From NCBI GenBank assembly GCA_030628905.1, contig DAOVQB010000003.1:9-64008 (forward strand): 64,000 nucleotides of DNA, given 5' to 3'. The DNA comes from Candidatus Eiseniibacteriota bacterium. Its GTDB lineage: Bacteria; Eisenbacteria; RBG-16-71-46; CAIMUX01; WJJG01. Shown here piece by piece: positions 38,948 to 48,809 of the stretch (the first letter of the stretch is position 1; each line of letters starts with the position of its first letter). A program made the position numbers and the translations under genes. Under the pieces are notes generated by a model, which was not told the DNA's origin, ran no database searches, and saw only the letters and a list, made by a program, of their open reading frames with translations.

Positions 38948-39829
38948 ATGCAGCTGGAGACCTTGAAAGTTTTTTGTGACGTGGTCGAGACCAAGAGCTT
39001 CTCGAAGGCCGCGGTGCTCAACTTCATCTCCCAATCCGCCGTCAGTCAGCAGATGCGTAGCCTTGAGGAGCGCTACGATCACAAATTAATCGAGCGGGGC
39101 AAGCGCAACCTATCCCCGACGCTGGCCGGGCAGAGCCTCTATGAAGTGGCCAAGGATGTCTTGCTGCACCTAGAGACCTTGGAGCAGCGCCTCCGGCGGC
39201 TTTCGAAGAGCGTGACGGGTGAGGTAAGGGTGGCCACAATCTACAGCGTGGGCATACACGAGCTTCAACCGTACATTACGGAATTCATCCGCCGCTACCC
39301 GGGCGCCCGGGCACGATTGGAATACAGCCGCGCCAACAGGATCTATGAGGCCGTTGTGACAAACGCGGCCGACGTGGGCATCGTAGCATATCCGGCTCGC
39401 CGCTCTGGACTCGAGATCTTGCCTTTCAAGAAGGATGAGCTGGTGCTTGTATGCCACACTACTCACCCTCTTGCCCGCTCCAAGAGGGTGGAGATCACGA
39501 AACTCCAGGGCCAACCATTCGTGGGTTTCGAGCGGGATATCCCAACGCGGCGGGCTATCGATCGAATTCTGAGGAACCACCGGATCAAGGTTAGCATGGT
39601 GATGGAGTTCGACAATATCGAGACGATCAAACGCGCTGTTGAGATAAATGCTGGCATATCCATCCTTCCCCGGATGACCATCGACCACGAGGTCAGTCTC
39701 GGCACCCTTGTCGCCGTGCGCTTCTCCAGGCAATCCTACATGCGTCCGCTGGGAATCTTGGTCAAGCGCGGGCGGGAAATTCCGACTGTCATGCAGCGCT
39801 TCCTCGATCTGCTTCTCGATGAGGGCTGA
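38948..39829 (+). CDS. LysR-family transcriptional regulator
   Basis: N-terminal HTH (MQLETLKVFCDVVETKSFSKAA...SQSAVSQQMRSLEE) plus LysR substrate-binding domain. Confidence 0.85.
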   Translation: MQLETLKVFCDVVETKSFSKAAVLNFISQSAVSQQMRSLEERYDHKLIERGKRNLSPTLAGQSLYEVAKDVLLHLETLEQRLRRLSKSVTGEVRVATIYSVGIHELQPYITEFIRRYPGARARLEYSRANRIYEAVVTNAADVGIVAYPARRSGLEILPFKKDELVLVCHTTHPLARSKRVEITKLQGQPFVGFERDIPTRRAIDRILRNHRIKVSMVMEFDNIETIKRAVEINAGISILPRMTIDHEVSLGTLVAVRFSRQSYMRPLGILVKRGREIPTVMQRFLDLLLDEG

Positions 39830-39946
39830 TCGAGAGGGAGCGCGACGGCTTGTGATACTGGTAGGCCGCTTCTCCAGACAAACTCCAATCCTCTAGAACG
39901 CAGGGAGTTAGATGCCGCCTTACTTTTTCGGTTTGACCGACCCAAC

Positions 39947-39987
39947 CCATAGTACTAGGTTGCACTCCCGACCCCAACATATTGGGG
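39947..39987. promoter_or_regulatory. Two near-palindromes (ccaTAGTACTAgg at 39947-39959; CCCCAACATATTGGGG at 39972-39987) ~31 bp apart upstream of nrdJ; candidate NrdR-box-like operator pair
   Basis: Direct reading. NrdR boxes are typically tandem AT-cored palindromes about 3 helical turns apart. Confidence 0.25.
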
Positions 39988-40023
39988 TCTAGGGGGGGGA
40001 CGAGTGTTCACTGGGAGGATTTC

Positions 40024-42780
40024 ATGGCAGAGACATCGCAGAGACAGGTAAGCCAGGGCAAGCAGGCGGTCGCGGAGTCATCCTCACAAGGCCAGGCTGA
40101 AAATCCCTCGCGCGGTCTCAAGATCGCCCGCTACTTCACCACCCCAGGGCGTCATCCTTTCGATGCTATTGACTGGGAACGGCGCACCGCCAGTCTGACA
40201 AACGACAAGGGCAAGGTTATCTTTGAACAGAAAGACATAGAGGCACCGAGCAATTGGTCGCAGATGGCTGTCAATGTAGTCGCGTCCAAGTATCTATGTG
40301 GTGGTGTTGGTACGCAGCAGAGGGAATCGTCATTCCGTCAGCTGCTGAGCCGCGTCTCCTCTACGTTGCGGCGCTGGGGCACCGAGCTGGGCTACTTCGC
40401 GTCGGATGAGGACGCCGTTTCCTTCGAGATGGAGCTGCTGCATCTTTTAGTCAATCAGAAGGCATCCTTTAACAGCCCCGTTTGGTTCAACCTGGGCGTC
40501 GAGGAGAAGCCACAGTGCTCGGCTTGCTTCATCAACTCTGTGGAAGACACGATGGAGTCGATCCTCGGTTTATCCAAGATCGAGGGCATGCTGTTCAAAT
40601 ATGGATCCGGAACTGGAACCAATCTGTCTCCCCTGAGATCTTCGAAGGAAAAACTCTCCACGGGTGGGACCGCATCCGGACCGGTTTCTTTTATGCGCGG
40701 CTACGATGCCTTTGCAGGCGTGATCAAGTCAGGGGGCAAGACGCGCCGGGCCGCCAAGATGGTCATTCTCAACGTGGACCACCCGGACATCATCGAGTTC
40801 ATCGAGGTCAAGGCTACCGAGGAGAAGAAAGCGTGGGCCCTGATCGATGCCGGGTACGACGGATCCCTCAATGGAGAGGCCTACAGCTCCGTCTTTTTCC
40901 AGAACTCCAACAACTCGATCCGCGTCACTGACGAATTCATGTGGGCCGTGGAGAATGACGGTCTGTGGCAGACGCGGGCCGTGACCACCGGCAAGCCCGT
41001 CGAGACTTACCGGGCGCAGGAGATTCTGCGCAAGATTGCAGAGGCAACTTGGCTCTGCGGTGACCCGGGCCTCCAATTCGACACCACCATCAACAGCTGG
41101 CATACATGTCCGAACAGCGAGGCGATCTATGCCAGCAATCCCTGCAGTGAATTTATGTTCCTCGATGATTCCGCCTGCAACCTGGCCTCGCTCAACCTAA
41201 TGAGATTTGTGGATGGGCAGATCGACTTCGACGTCGACGCCTTTCGCGCTGCGGTCTCGACCATGATTCTGGCGCAGGAGATCATCGTCGACAACGCCAG
41301 CTATCCGACCGAGCGGATCGGCAACAATAGCAACGATTACAGACCGCTGGGACTTGGGTATGCCAACCTGGGCACACTGCTAATGGCTCGCGGTTTGCCA
41401 TATGACTCCGATGGCGGGCGGGCACTGGCGGGAGCACTGACGGCCCTAATGACCGGCCAGGCTTATGCCGCTTCCGCGGAGATCGCTCGCGTCGTGGGTC
41501 CCTTCAAGGGGTTCGCCAAGAACCGTGAGCCGATGACGAAGATCATCACCCGCCATAGGGATGCACTGGGGGCCATCAACCAGGACCTTATACCGCCCGG
41601 CCTCCTCAAAGCAGCCGGGGAAGCATGGGATGAAGCCATTGAGAAGAGCGAGCAATGGGGCTACCGGAATGCCCAGGTCACAGTACTCGCCCCAACCGGC
41701 ACGATCGCCTTTATGATGGACTGCGACACCACCGGGATCGAGCCAGACTTGGCACTGATTAAGCACAAGAAGCTCGCAGGCGGCGGGTTTCTCAAGATCA
41801 TCAACCAAACCGTTCCCGTGGCCCTGGCCAAGCTGGGATATGACAGCGGTCAGATCCAAGAGATTGTCAGCTACCTCGAGGAATTCGGAACCATCACAGA
41901 CGCCCCCCATCTAAAACAGGAACACCTGCCCGTCTTTGACTGTGCATTCAAGCCCTGCGTCGGCGACCGCTCTATCCCGTACATGGGACATATCCGCATG
42001 ATGTCTGCAGTCCAGCCATTCATTTCAGGTGCCATCTCCAAAACCGTGAACGTGCCCCAGGAAGCCACTCCGGAGGAGATCGCAGAGATCTATCTTCAGG
42101 CCTGGAAGTACGGCCTTAAATCAGTCGCGATCTATCGCGATGGATCCAAGCGTGTCCAACCCCTTTCGACGGTCGCCAAGAAGAAGCCGCTGGAAAAAAC
42201 CCAAGAGAACGCAAGACGCTTGCCCACCCGCCAGCGGCTCCCTGAGGAACGCCATTCGCTCACCCACAAGTTTGTAATCGGGGACCATGAAGGATACCTC
42301 ACAGTGGGTCTCTACCCAGACGGGAGGCCTGGCGAGATCTTTCTTGTGATGGCCAAGGAAGGTACGGTCGTCTCGGGTCTCAGCGATTGTTTTGCGACCG
42401 CAATCTCGATGGCGCTACAGTACGGTGTGCCGTTGAAGGTTCTGGCTGACAAATTCACACACACGCGATTCGAACCCTCGGGTTTCACACACCATCCCGA
42501 CATCCGCTATGCCAAGAGCATCGCCGACTACATCTTCCGCTGGCTGACACTGAAGTTCTTTCCACAGGAGGACGGTGAGGAGGCCGCTCCGGTTGTGCGA
42601 GTAGAGGATGGAGAGAGAGATCCTTCTGCGGATCATGCTCCCCTGTCGCGTACGAAGCCCGACACGGCCTTCATCAATGACATGGACGCTCCCCCCTGCC
42701 CGGAGTGTGGTTCCCTGATGACGCGCAATGGATCCTGCTACCGCTGCATGAACTGCGGATCCACCAGCGGATGCTCTTAG
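40024..42780 (+). CDS. nrdJ: Adenosylcobalamin-dependent ribonucleotide reductase (class II) with C-terminal zinc ribbon
   Basis: NPCSEFMFLDDSACNLASLNL active-site region. C-terminal CPECG...CYRCMNCG. SD GGGAGG 6 nt before ATG 40024. Confidence 0.9.
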   Translation: MAETSQRQVSQGKQAVAESSSQGQAENPSRGLKIARYFTTPGRHPFDAIDWERRTASLTNDKGKVIFEQKDIEAPSNWSQMAVNVVASKYLCGGVGTQQRESSFRQLLSRVSSTLRRWGTELGYFASDEDAVSFEMELLHLLVNQKASFNSPVWFNLGVEEKPQCSACFINSVEDTMESILGLSKIEGMLFKYGSGTGTNLSPLRSSKEKLSTGGTASGPVSFMRGYDAFAGVIKSGGKTRRAAKMVILNVDHPDIIEFIEVKATEEKKAWALIDAGYDGSLNGEAYSSVFFQNSNNSIRVTDEFMWAVENDGLWQTRAVTTGKPVETYRAQEILRKIAEATWLCGDPGLQFDTTINSWHTCPNSEAIYASNPCSEFMFLDDSACNLASLNLMRFVDGQIDFDVDAFRAAVSTMILAQEIIVDNASYPTERIGNNSNDYRPLGLGYANLGTLLMARGLPYDSDGGRALAGALTALMTGQAYAASAEIARVVGPFKGFAKNREPMTKIITRHRDALGAINQDLIPPGLLKAAGEAWDEAIEKSEQWGYRNAQVTVLAPTGTIAFMMDCDTTGIEPDLALIKHKKLAGGGFLKIINQTVPVALAKLGYDSGQIQEIVSYLEEFGTITDAPHLKQEHLPVFDCAFKPCVGDRSIPYMGHIRMMSAVQPFISGAISKTVNVPQEATPEEIAEIYLQAWKYGLKSVAIYRDGSKRVQPLSTVAKKKPLEKTQENARRLPTRQRLPEERHSLTHKFVIGDHEGYLTVGLYPDGRPGEIFLVMAKEGTVVSGLSDCFATAISMALQYGVPLKVLADKFTHTRFEPSGFTHHPDIRYAKSIADYIFRWLTLKFFPQEDGEEAAPVVRVEDGERDPSADHAPLSRTKPDTAFINDMDAPPCPECGSLMTRNGSCYRCMNCGSTSGCS

Positions 42781-42808
42781 GCCCTTAGCGGAGCCCTTAG
42801 GGGAGCTC

Positions 42809-44398
42809 TTAGAGGCGCATCTCGGAGCTGAAGCGAAAGACCGTCACACTCCGAGCGACCAGGGTCGCTGAATCCCACCAGTCCTGGAAGGTCAGCTCAC
42901 GCTGCTCAGCCTCGGGGCGCGGATCGCTGCTTTCCTCCATGAACCACTTGTAGTAATCGTAGGATTGGAACTCTAGACCCATGTGGAACGAGACACGTGC
43001 CTGGGTCTCGAGGGAGAAACCAAAGCCCCAAGCGCCACCCTTCACCTGGTCACCCAAGTAATAGGGCGCCTCACCGTGGACGAGATCCAGATCGATCATG
43101 GAAAGAGGAAGGGTTCTGAATCCGAACTGCGCGAAGAGCGACATCCCGCTGCCATGGATCGGCTTACGGAAGAAGGGAAATTCAAAGCATGCGCCCACGT
43201 GATAGCTGGTGACGTCACCGGCGTGATAGGGGCCGTCAAAGACGCTGTAGGCCTCGTCGTGGTGTTTGATGTCAGCTGCGGACCACGGCCTGTGGTTTAC
43301 ATCGGCTGAGAGTTGCATGCCCATGACAGGCCCCACGGAGATGCCCCCACTGGCAAAAAGCGGGATCTCCATGTCATACGGTGCTACCAGCCCCTTGACC
43401 TCCACGACATACTCGGCATTCGGTGGCGGAACCGGCCGGTACTCGAACTTGCTGTTGTGGACCTCCAGGCTGTGCGGCAATCCCACCCAACCTCCCAGGC
43501 GCATTAGTTCGCACACCTCAGCTTCGAGTCCAAACTCCAGAGAGAAACCCTTGTAGTCCCGTTGGAAGTGTATGAAACCCTCGTCCCAGCCCTGCGCCTG
43601 CGCCTTGATTTGGGTGTCGGAGCGCAGCCGGCCCCGCAGGAAGTTTGCGCTGCCCCCCAGGGAAAGCGACAGATCGTCCGAGTGAAAAACCTCATAGGCC
43701 AGCCCCATTGTGAGGCTCTCAATCGATCCGCGCTCATTGTTGTCGCTGGCTACGACGAAGGGATAGCCGGTTCCCTCAACCAGACCCATCTCCAGCAGCA
43801 TCTCCGCACCATAAGAAACGTCCGTATGCCGGCGATAGGCTAGCCCTCCCACAAGCGGGCGCGCTCCCACGTCGAATAGAGGCGCCGCTACTCCAAGGAA
43901 CCCAAACCCGCTGAACCCGCCGAGGCTGTCGTCGTAGTTGTCGATCTTAAACCCTGGCAACCCTTTCACCAGGAGCGTATCGGGTAGATTCTCAGTGGTG
44001 CTGGTGCAAGAGGTCACTATACCGTCGACAGCCAGAGAACCCTCGCGCAGTGAGGCCATGCCGGCCGGATTCCATCCCAAGGCGAGCACTCCCTCGGCTT
44101 CCGAGATGAACGCCCCGCCTTGGCCGAGGGCCTGGGCCCCGGGCCTGGGTGTCAGATCATCCATGGGGCGATAAAAGTATGTGGGCAGCAGGAGGGCTAA
44201 ATCCACCTGTCCGCCCATGAGGGCCGAGAGCGCGTCCAGATCCTCCCCGCCGTAGACGGGAAGCGGGTCGGGGAACTCGTAACTCACAACGCGCCCGCTC
44301 TGCCCCCAGGCCGGCGTACCGGAGATGAGTAAGAGCAGGGCACAGACAGCCAAAGCCGGCAGCGTCCTGGAACGCATGACCATTGGTCGACTCCTCAT
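42809..44398 (-). CDS. Outer-membrane beta-barrel transport protein, FadL/TodX/PorV-like
   Basis: Signal peptide; canonical N-terminal motif ALGQGGAFISEAEGVLALGWNPAGMA. Confidence 0.55.
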   Translation of the reverse strand: MRSRPMVMRSRTLPALAVCALLLLISGTPAWGQSGRVVSYEFPDPLPVYGGEDLDALSALMGGQVDLALLLPTYFYRPMDDLTPRPGAQALGQGGAFISEAEGVLALGWNPAGMASLREGSLAVDGIVTSCTSTTENLPDTLLVKGLPGFKIDNYDDSLGGFSGFGFLGVAAPLFDVGARPLVGGLAYRRHTDVSYGAEMLLEMGLVEGTGYPFVVASDNNERGSIESLTMGLAYEVFHSDDLSLSLGGSANFLRGRLRSDTQIKAQAQGWDEGFIHFQRDYKGFSLEFGLEAEVCELMRLGGWVGLPHSLEVHNSKFEYRPVPPPNAEYVVEVKGLVAPYDMEIPLFASGGISVGPVMGMQLSADVNHRPWSAADIKHHDEAYSVFDGPYHAGDVTSYHVGACFEFPFFRKPIHGSGMSLFAQFGFRTLPLSMIDLDLVHGEAPYYLGDQVKGGAWGFGFSLETQARVSFHMGLEFQSYDYYKWFMEESSDPRPEAEQRELTFQDWWDSATLVARSVTVFRFSSEMRL

Positions 44399-44498
44399 GT
44401 CTCGATCAGCCCGATCCAATGCGCGAGCAGCACTGCTACTCGGCAAGACAACGGGGACACGCATGGTTCCGCGCGCCCGGGAGGAAACCCATCGGTCA

Positions 44499-45023
44499 CT
44501 AGGATCTCTCCGAGAGCAATAGCGCGCTCACGGCCCCAGATAGGGTCCAGAAACCAGCCTGGGTAGCAGTGCGCATGGCATCGACCTTGATCAGCTCAAC
44601 CCGCGCGATCTGCTCGCGCTGGAAGACAAAATCGACCAGCTCGACCCCCAGATCCACACGCGCCTTAATCATGCGCTCCCGACCAGCCGTAAAGTCGTCC
44701 GCCTGGCACACAAAATAACAGCGCTCGAGCACGATCTCATCTTCGGTGACATCTGCAACCATGCCCCGGTAGACGGCGCCTCCCGTGGTGAGCTCGACCT
44801 TCTCGTCAAGTCCCACCTTGCCCCTGATCTGCGAACCATCCTGGAAAGTGATGACGACAGCACGCCGCGCATCGAACGTCGGCTCCTCGAGCAGCACCAA
44901 CTTCGTGCACCCAGGTCCCACGGTCAGAAGCACCACCAGTGCCGTCAGCAGAGAAAAGGGCCGCAACATATTTCGCCTCGTCCTACATGTCCCGCGCCTG
45001 GCTCTCGACTTTAAGTCGAGCAC
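44499..45023 (-). CDS. Lipoprotein, hypothetical
   Basis: Signal peptide with lipobox (TVGPGC). Confidence 0.5.
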   Translation of the reverse strand: MLDLKSRARRGTCRTRRNMLRPFSLLTALVVLLTVGPGCTKLVLLEEPTFDARRAVVITFQDGSQIRGKVGLDEKVELTTGGAVYRGMVADVTEDEIVLERCYFVCQADDFTAGRERMIKARVDLGVELVDFVFQREQIARVELIKVDAMRTATQAGFWTLSGAVSALLLSERS

Positions 45024-45154
45024 CCTGAAAAGTCCGGGCTAATCAATCTCTTCATAGATGATTAGATAGGAAATATAGGGAGGTTACGGTAGAGGGTCAA
45101 CCGGATTCCATCTGACACAGGCCACATCTGTAACCCATGCTCGCGTAAGCAGTT

Positions 45155-45180
45155 ACACCTGTGCCCCGGGGCACAGGTGT
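45155..45180. promoter_or_regulatory. Perfect 26-bp palindrome ACACCTGTGCCCCGGGGCACAGGTGT in the 5' region of the lipoprotein gene
   Basis: Direct reading. Confidence 0.5.
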
Positions 45181-45288
45181 AAGGAGCTGCAGAACAGGCA
45201 GTTACCGGATTGGCCCGTGACAACGCTCTACCGGCCAGGCCCAGGTGGGCCACCAGGCCCGTGCAAGGGACTCAGGTCTCAAGTGAAC

Positions 45289-46818
45289 TCACAGCAGATA
45301 GTCCGCCAACTCCACGCCGACCTCGACGGGATCCAGGGCCTTGACGATCCGGTCGGTGCCCAGTGATCCGAGGTCGTGATCTGAAAGGTTGACCAGCTTC
45401 AGATCGGCGGGATCGAGCCGCTGACCACCGACATCCTGGATCAGGCGGACTACGGGCGAAACGGGATCCTCTGGATCGGTGGCCACGACCACAGCCAATT
45501 CCCCGGTTCCGAGCTCGACCAGGCTGCCCACTGGATAGAGGCCCATCAAGCACACAAACAGCCGCATAAGGTTGGGATCGAAGTTCTTCCCGCTGCGTCC
45601 CAACATGTGCAGCATTACTCGATGGGGGGTTAGACGTTCGTCCTGGTATGAACGGGAGGAAATCATGGCATCATAGCAATCGGCAATGCTCACAATCCTG
45701 CTCAGGACTCCGATTTCCCACTTATCGTTCATCCGTGGGTATCCCTGCAAATCGAAACGCATGTGGTGCTCCAGCCCAACCAGCATGATCTTGATGAGCG
45801 GATCTGTGAGCACCTTGGCCCGCAGGAGGGTTCGCACCCCTTCCAGAGGGTGCATCCGCATGATTTCCCATTCCGAGGGGCTGAAGGTACCTGGTTTTCT
45901 CAAGACCGGCTTGGGCACGGTCATCTTGCCCAGGTCATGGAAGAGGGCCGCCATGCCCAGTTCGGAGAGTTCCCGCTTGTTCAACCCCAACCGCTGCCCG
46001 AGGGAGGTTGAAAGGATGCAGACATTCACGGAATGGAGAAAGGTCTGCACATCAAAGGCCTTGAGGGCGGTCAGGGCCAGTAGGGAAAATTCCTCCTCGA
46101 CCAGCCTGTCGATAATCTCATGGACGACCTGGCGTGCTCGGCGAAGCTGAGACAGAGACTCCCCGCTCATGCTGCGCATGCTCCATCGTGAGAAGCGTAG
46201 CGCGTGGAAGAAGGTCTGCCGGGCGCGCCGGCGGAGTTCCCCCAACTCAGCCACCACATCCCATCCGCTGGATGGCTCTGCCAGGTCCTGATCCGATTCA
46301 GGCTCCGCGAGCACGACGCCATGGATGCCCATGGCATCCATTTCCTCAACCCGGGTCTCCTGGGGGGTTTTCGACCGGCGCCAGGTCTCAAGGAGCTGGA
46401 GGAAGCGTGCCACTTCGGCATCATCCCAGGGACCGATGAAGGAAATGCCCGCCAGAGACATCCCCTCCAGTTCCTCGGCCACCAAGTGCGCCAGCAGGTT
46501 CCCAGACGTGTATGGGGAGAGGATCTCATCACAAGCAAGAAGACCGCTGCCATGACGGACTAGGCGGGCGGTCTGGCCCTCTTCCCATATCTCGGCAACA
46601 GCGGCGCGCAGTTTGTCAAGGGCCTTGCGGAAGGCTGGATCCGCCACTCCACGCAGTACCAACGCCCTCCAGCTGGCATGGAAATTGCGCAGGAGGCGTG
46701 CCCCAGGGGTGTCCTGGGAAAACGGATTCCGCGCCGGTCGGCCCCGACTCGGCGCCCCCCGCTGCCCATCCAAACGCACCTCCCGCTTGGATGGCTCCCT
46801 CATAGCTGCCATGGACAT
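45289..46818 (-). CDS. HD-GYP domain c-di-GMP phosphodiesterase with ~250-aa N-terminal domain of unknown function
   Basis: HDLGK ... GYP (LQGYPRM) motifs. Confidence 0.8.
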   Translation of the reverse strand: MSMAAMREPSKREVRLDGQRGAPSRGRPARNPFSQDTPGARLLRNFHASWRALVLRGVADPAFRKALDKLRAAVAEIWEEGQTARLVRHGSGLLACDEILSPYTSGNLLAHLVAEELEGMSLAGISFIGPWDDAEVARFLQLLETWRRSKTPQETRVEEMDAMGIHGVVLAEPESDQDLAEPSSGWDVVAELGELRRRARQTFFHALRFSRWSMRSMSGESLSQLRRARQVVHEIIDRLVEEEFSLLALTALKAFDVQTFLHSVNVCILSTSLGQRLGLNKRELSELGMAALFHDLGKMTVPKPVLRKPGTFSPSEWEIMRMHPLEGVRTLLRAKVLTDPLIKIMLVGLEHHMRFDLQGYPRMNDKWEIGVLSRIVSIADCYDAMISSRSYQDERLTPHRVMLHMLGRSGKNFDPNLMRLFVCLMGLYPVGSLVELGTGELAVVVATDPEDPVSPVVRLIQDVGGQRLDPADLKLVNLSDHDLGSLGTDRIVKALDPVEVGVELADYLL

Positions 46819-46828
46819 GCCTCCCGAA

Positions 46829-48664
46829 TCAAGCCGCTGATCTCCCCCTCCCCGACGTTCCCTGGACTCTGCGACGGTGCCGATCCAAGGCTTCCCGGCT
46901 CGCCTCGGCCAGGAGGTGATCGTGCGAGTTCCTGTACTTCATCAGGAGCGGCCCCGCCTTCTCGATCGAAATTAGCCCCAGCGCACGCAGCGCACAGATC
47001 TTCTGAACTCGCCGATGCTGAGGGGCCAGCCAGCTGCGCCGGCAGATAGTCTTCTCTAGTAGAGGAAACACCTCCTCGGGTGAGGACCGGGCCAGGGCCT
47101 CGTAGAAGACTGACTGTTCCTCGATGTCGCGCTTCTCGAAGCCAGGACCGAGCAGAACCTGGAGAAGCGGTTGGAGCGCGCGTTCGCCGAAACCGGCGCC
47201 CAGCAGTTCAGCGGCAGTCTGCCTCACCCCTGAATCCTCATCGTCAAGTGCGTACAGCAACCGCCGCTCCAGATCCGGGGGGCGTAGAACGAATAGGAAC
47301 CGGAGCAATCCGGCGCGGATTCCTGGATCACCGTTTGTGAACAGAGGACTGAGCCGGTTGTCCCAATACTCCGCCTGCTCAGGTGGCAAGGGGTTTGGCA
47401 AGATCCCCGCAAGCAGTCGCAGGTGTTCTTCAGTGAGGATCTCGATATGATCCAGTAGCGCCTCGGGCCGCCGGGTAGCAACCTGTGCCAGAGCCTTGAC
47501 GACGATTTCACTGCAGTCTGCGCCCCCATTCTCGACCCGCTCCTCGGCGGATGCCCTGAGGAGCAGTACCAGCCCCGGTGGATCAAGCTGGCTCAGGAAA
47601 AGCAGGGCATCTTGCTCGTCATCACACCGCCCGGACTCCAGGGCTCCCAGAGCACGCTGGGCAGCCTCCACACCAACTAGCTCCTTGGCAACCTCTGTTA
47701 CTTTTACTCCGCAATCGACACCCAATGCTCCCACATGCTCTCCAAGCCGGCGAATCACCCAGCCAAATATCTTGAATCTACCCTGCTGCAGGAGATCCAG
47801 GGTATAACCCCGCAGGAGAGTCAAGACGCGACCGAACTCTACTGCGGGCATATCCAGCATGATCATTTCAACCAGGACAACGAGCAGCTTGGGCCGCAGC
47901 TGGCGCCCCTCCTGCTTTGCAGAATTCCGCAGGCAGGCGAGTTCCTCTTCGTCCACCTGGAAGGTCCGGGCATCAAGATCGGTCTCCTCGAGACCGCCAG
48001 CGGCCGCGACGTAGCGCTCGAGCGGATGTAACCCTTCCCACAGCTCGGGATCTTCCGACACCTCCTCCTGGGAAACTGCATCTCCCAGACTGACCGGGAG
48101 CTGCTCTTCCGCCGCTTCGGTCACCCGGTAGGCCACTGCTGGCAGATCCATCTCCCAGAGCAGCACCGAGAGGTCCTCATCCGTGGGATTCAGCTCGCCC
48201 CGCACCGTGCGCGCGAGGAGATGCAGGAGCATCTGAAGTTCCTCGCAGATCAAGCCAGGCAGGAAAGTCAAGTTCCGCAAGCCGGATTCGAAAAGCCGGA
48301 CGATCATGTCCCACCCATCTCCGCCGCGCGTCAGCACTGATGTCTCACCCAGGAAGACATCCTCTGTCCGCAGGCTCAGCTGCACGCCCTCGGGTTCCGT
48401 AATGCACGCGGCAAGGTTCTGATGGAGTGTCTCGACCATCCGCTCGCGGATCGGATTGCCCTGAGGGTAGAACGCGACGGCCTTCAGGGCACTCATGAAG
48501 GCCTCAAAGGCCTGGGTTTCGGGCCGCTGCTGGGTCTGCTCAAGGATCTGCTCGTCCATTCTCAAGCTCTCGTGTTTGGCTGCCTCGCCTTCCGCCCAAT
48601 CTCCCGCAAGGCGGCAAGACAGATCAGTCCCCTCACTTCCCCGAGGAGTGCGCGCGGGGGGCAA
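46829..48664 (-). CDS. HEAT/PBS-lyase-repeat protein
   Basis: Repeated LLxxL / DDEDSGVRQTAAELLG HEAT-like units. Lies 10 bp upstream of the HD-GYP gene. Confidence 0.6.
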   Translation of the reverse strand: MPPARTPRGSEGTDLSCRLAGDWAEGEAAKHESLRMDEQILEQTQQRPETQAFEAFMSALKAVAFYPQGNPIRERMVETLHQNLAACITEPEGVQLSLRTEDVFLGETSVLTRGGDGWDMIVRLFESGLRNLTFLPGLICEELQMLLHLLARTVRGELNPTDEDLSVLLWEMDLPAVAYRVTEAAEEQLPVSLGDAVSQEEVSEDPELWEGLHPLERYVAAAGGLEETDLDARTFQVDEEELACLRNSAKQEGRQLRPKLLVVLVEMIMLDMPAVEFGRVLTLLRGYTLDLLQQGRFKIFGWVIRRLGEHVGALGVDCGVKVTEVAKELVGVEAAQRALGALESGRCDDEQDALLFLSQLDPPGLVLLLRASAEERVENGGADCSEIVVKALAQVATRRPEALLDHIEILTEEHLRLLAGILPNPLPPEQAEYWDNRLSPLFTNGDPGIRAGLLRFLFVLRPPDLERRLLYALDDEDSGVRQTAAELLGAGFGERALQPLLQVLLGPGFEKRDIEEQSVFYEALARSSPEEVFPLLEKTICRRSWLAPQHRRVQKICALRALGLISIEKAGPLLMKYRNSHDHLLAEASREALDRHRRRVQGTSGRGRSAA

Positions 48665-48809
48665 CCTAGGAAGCCCCTAATCAGGTTTTCGGTGGATTGA
48701 GGGAATCTCTTGAAGGTGAGATGTGTTCAAGTGTGGGCTTTTCGCTGGCCCTCGCCCTGATGCGGCCATAATTCTCGAGCGCAGATGCCAATGGCCTGGG
48801 AGGGCGGGA

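Noticed and set aside
39830-40023. Cobalamin riboswitch upstream of nrdJ
   Set aside because: The region is only ~190 nt and lacks a recognisable B12-box (rAGYCMGgAgaCCkGCC-like). B12 riboswitches normally control B12-independent isozymes, not nrdJ.
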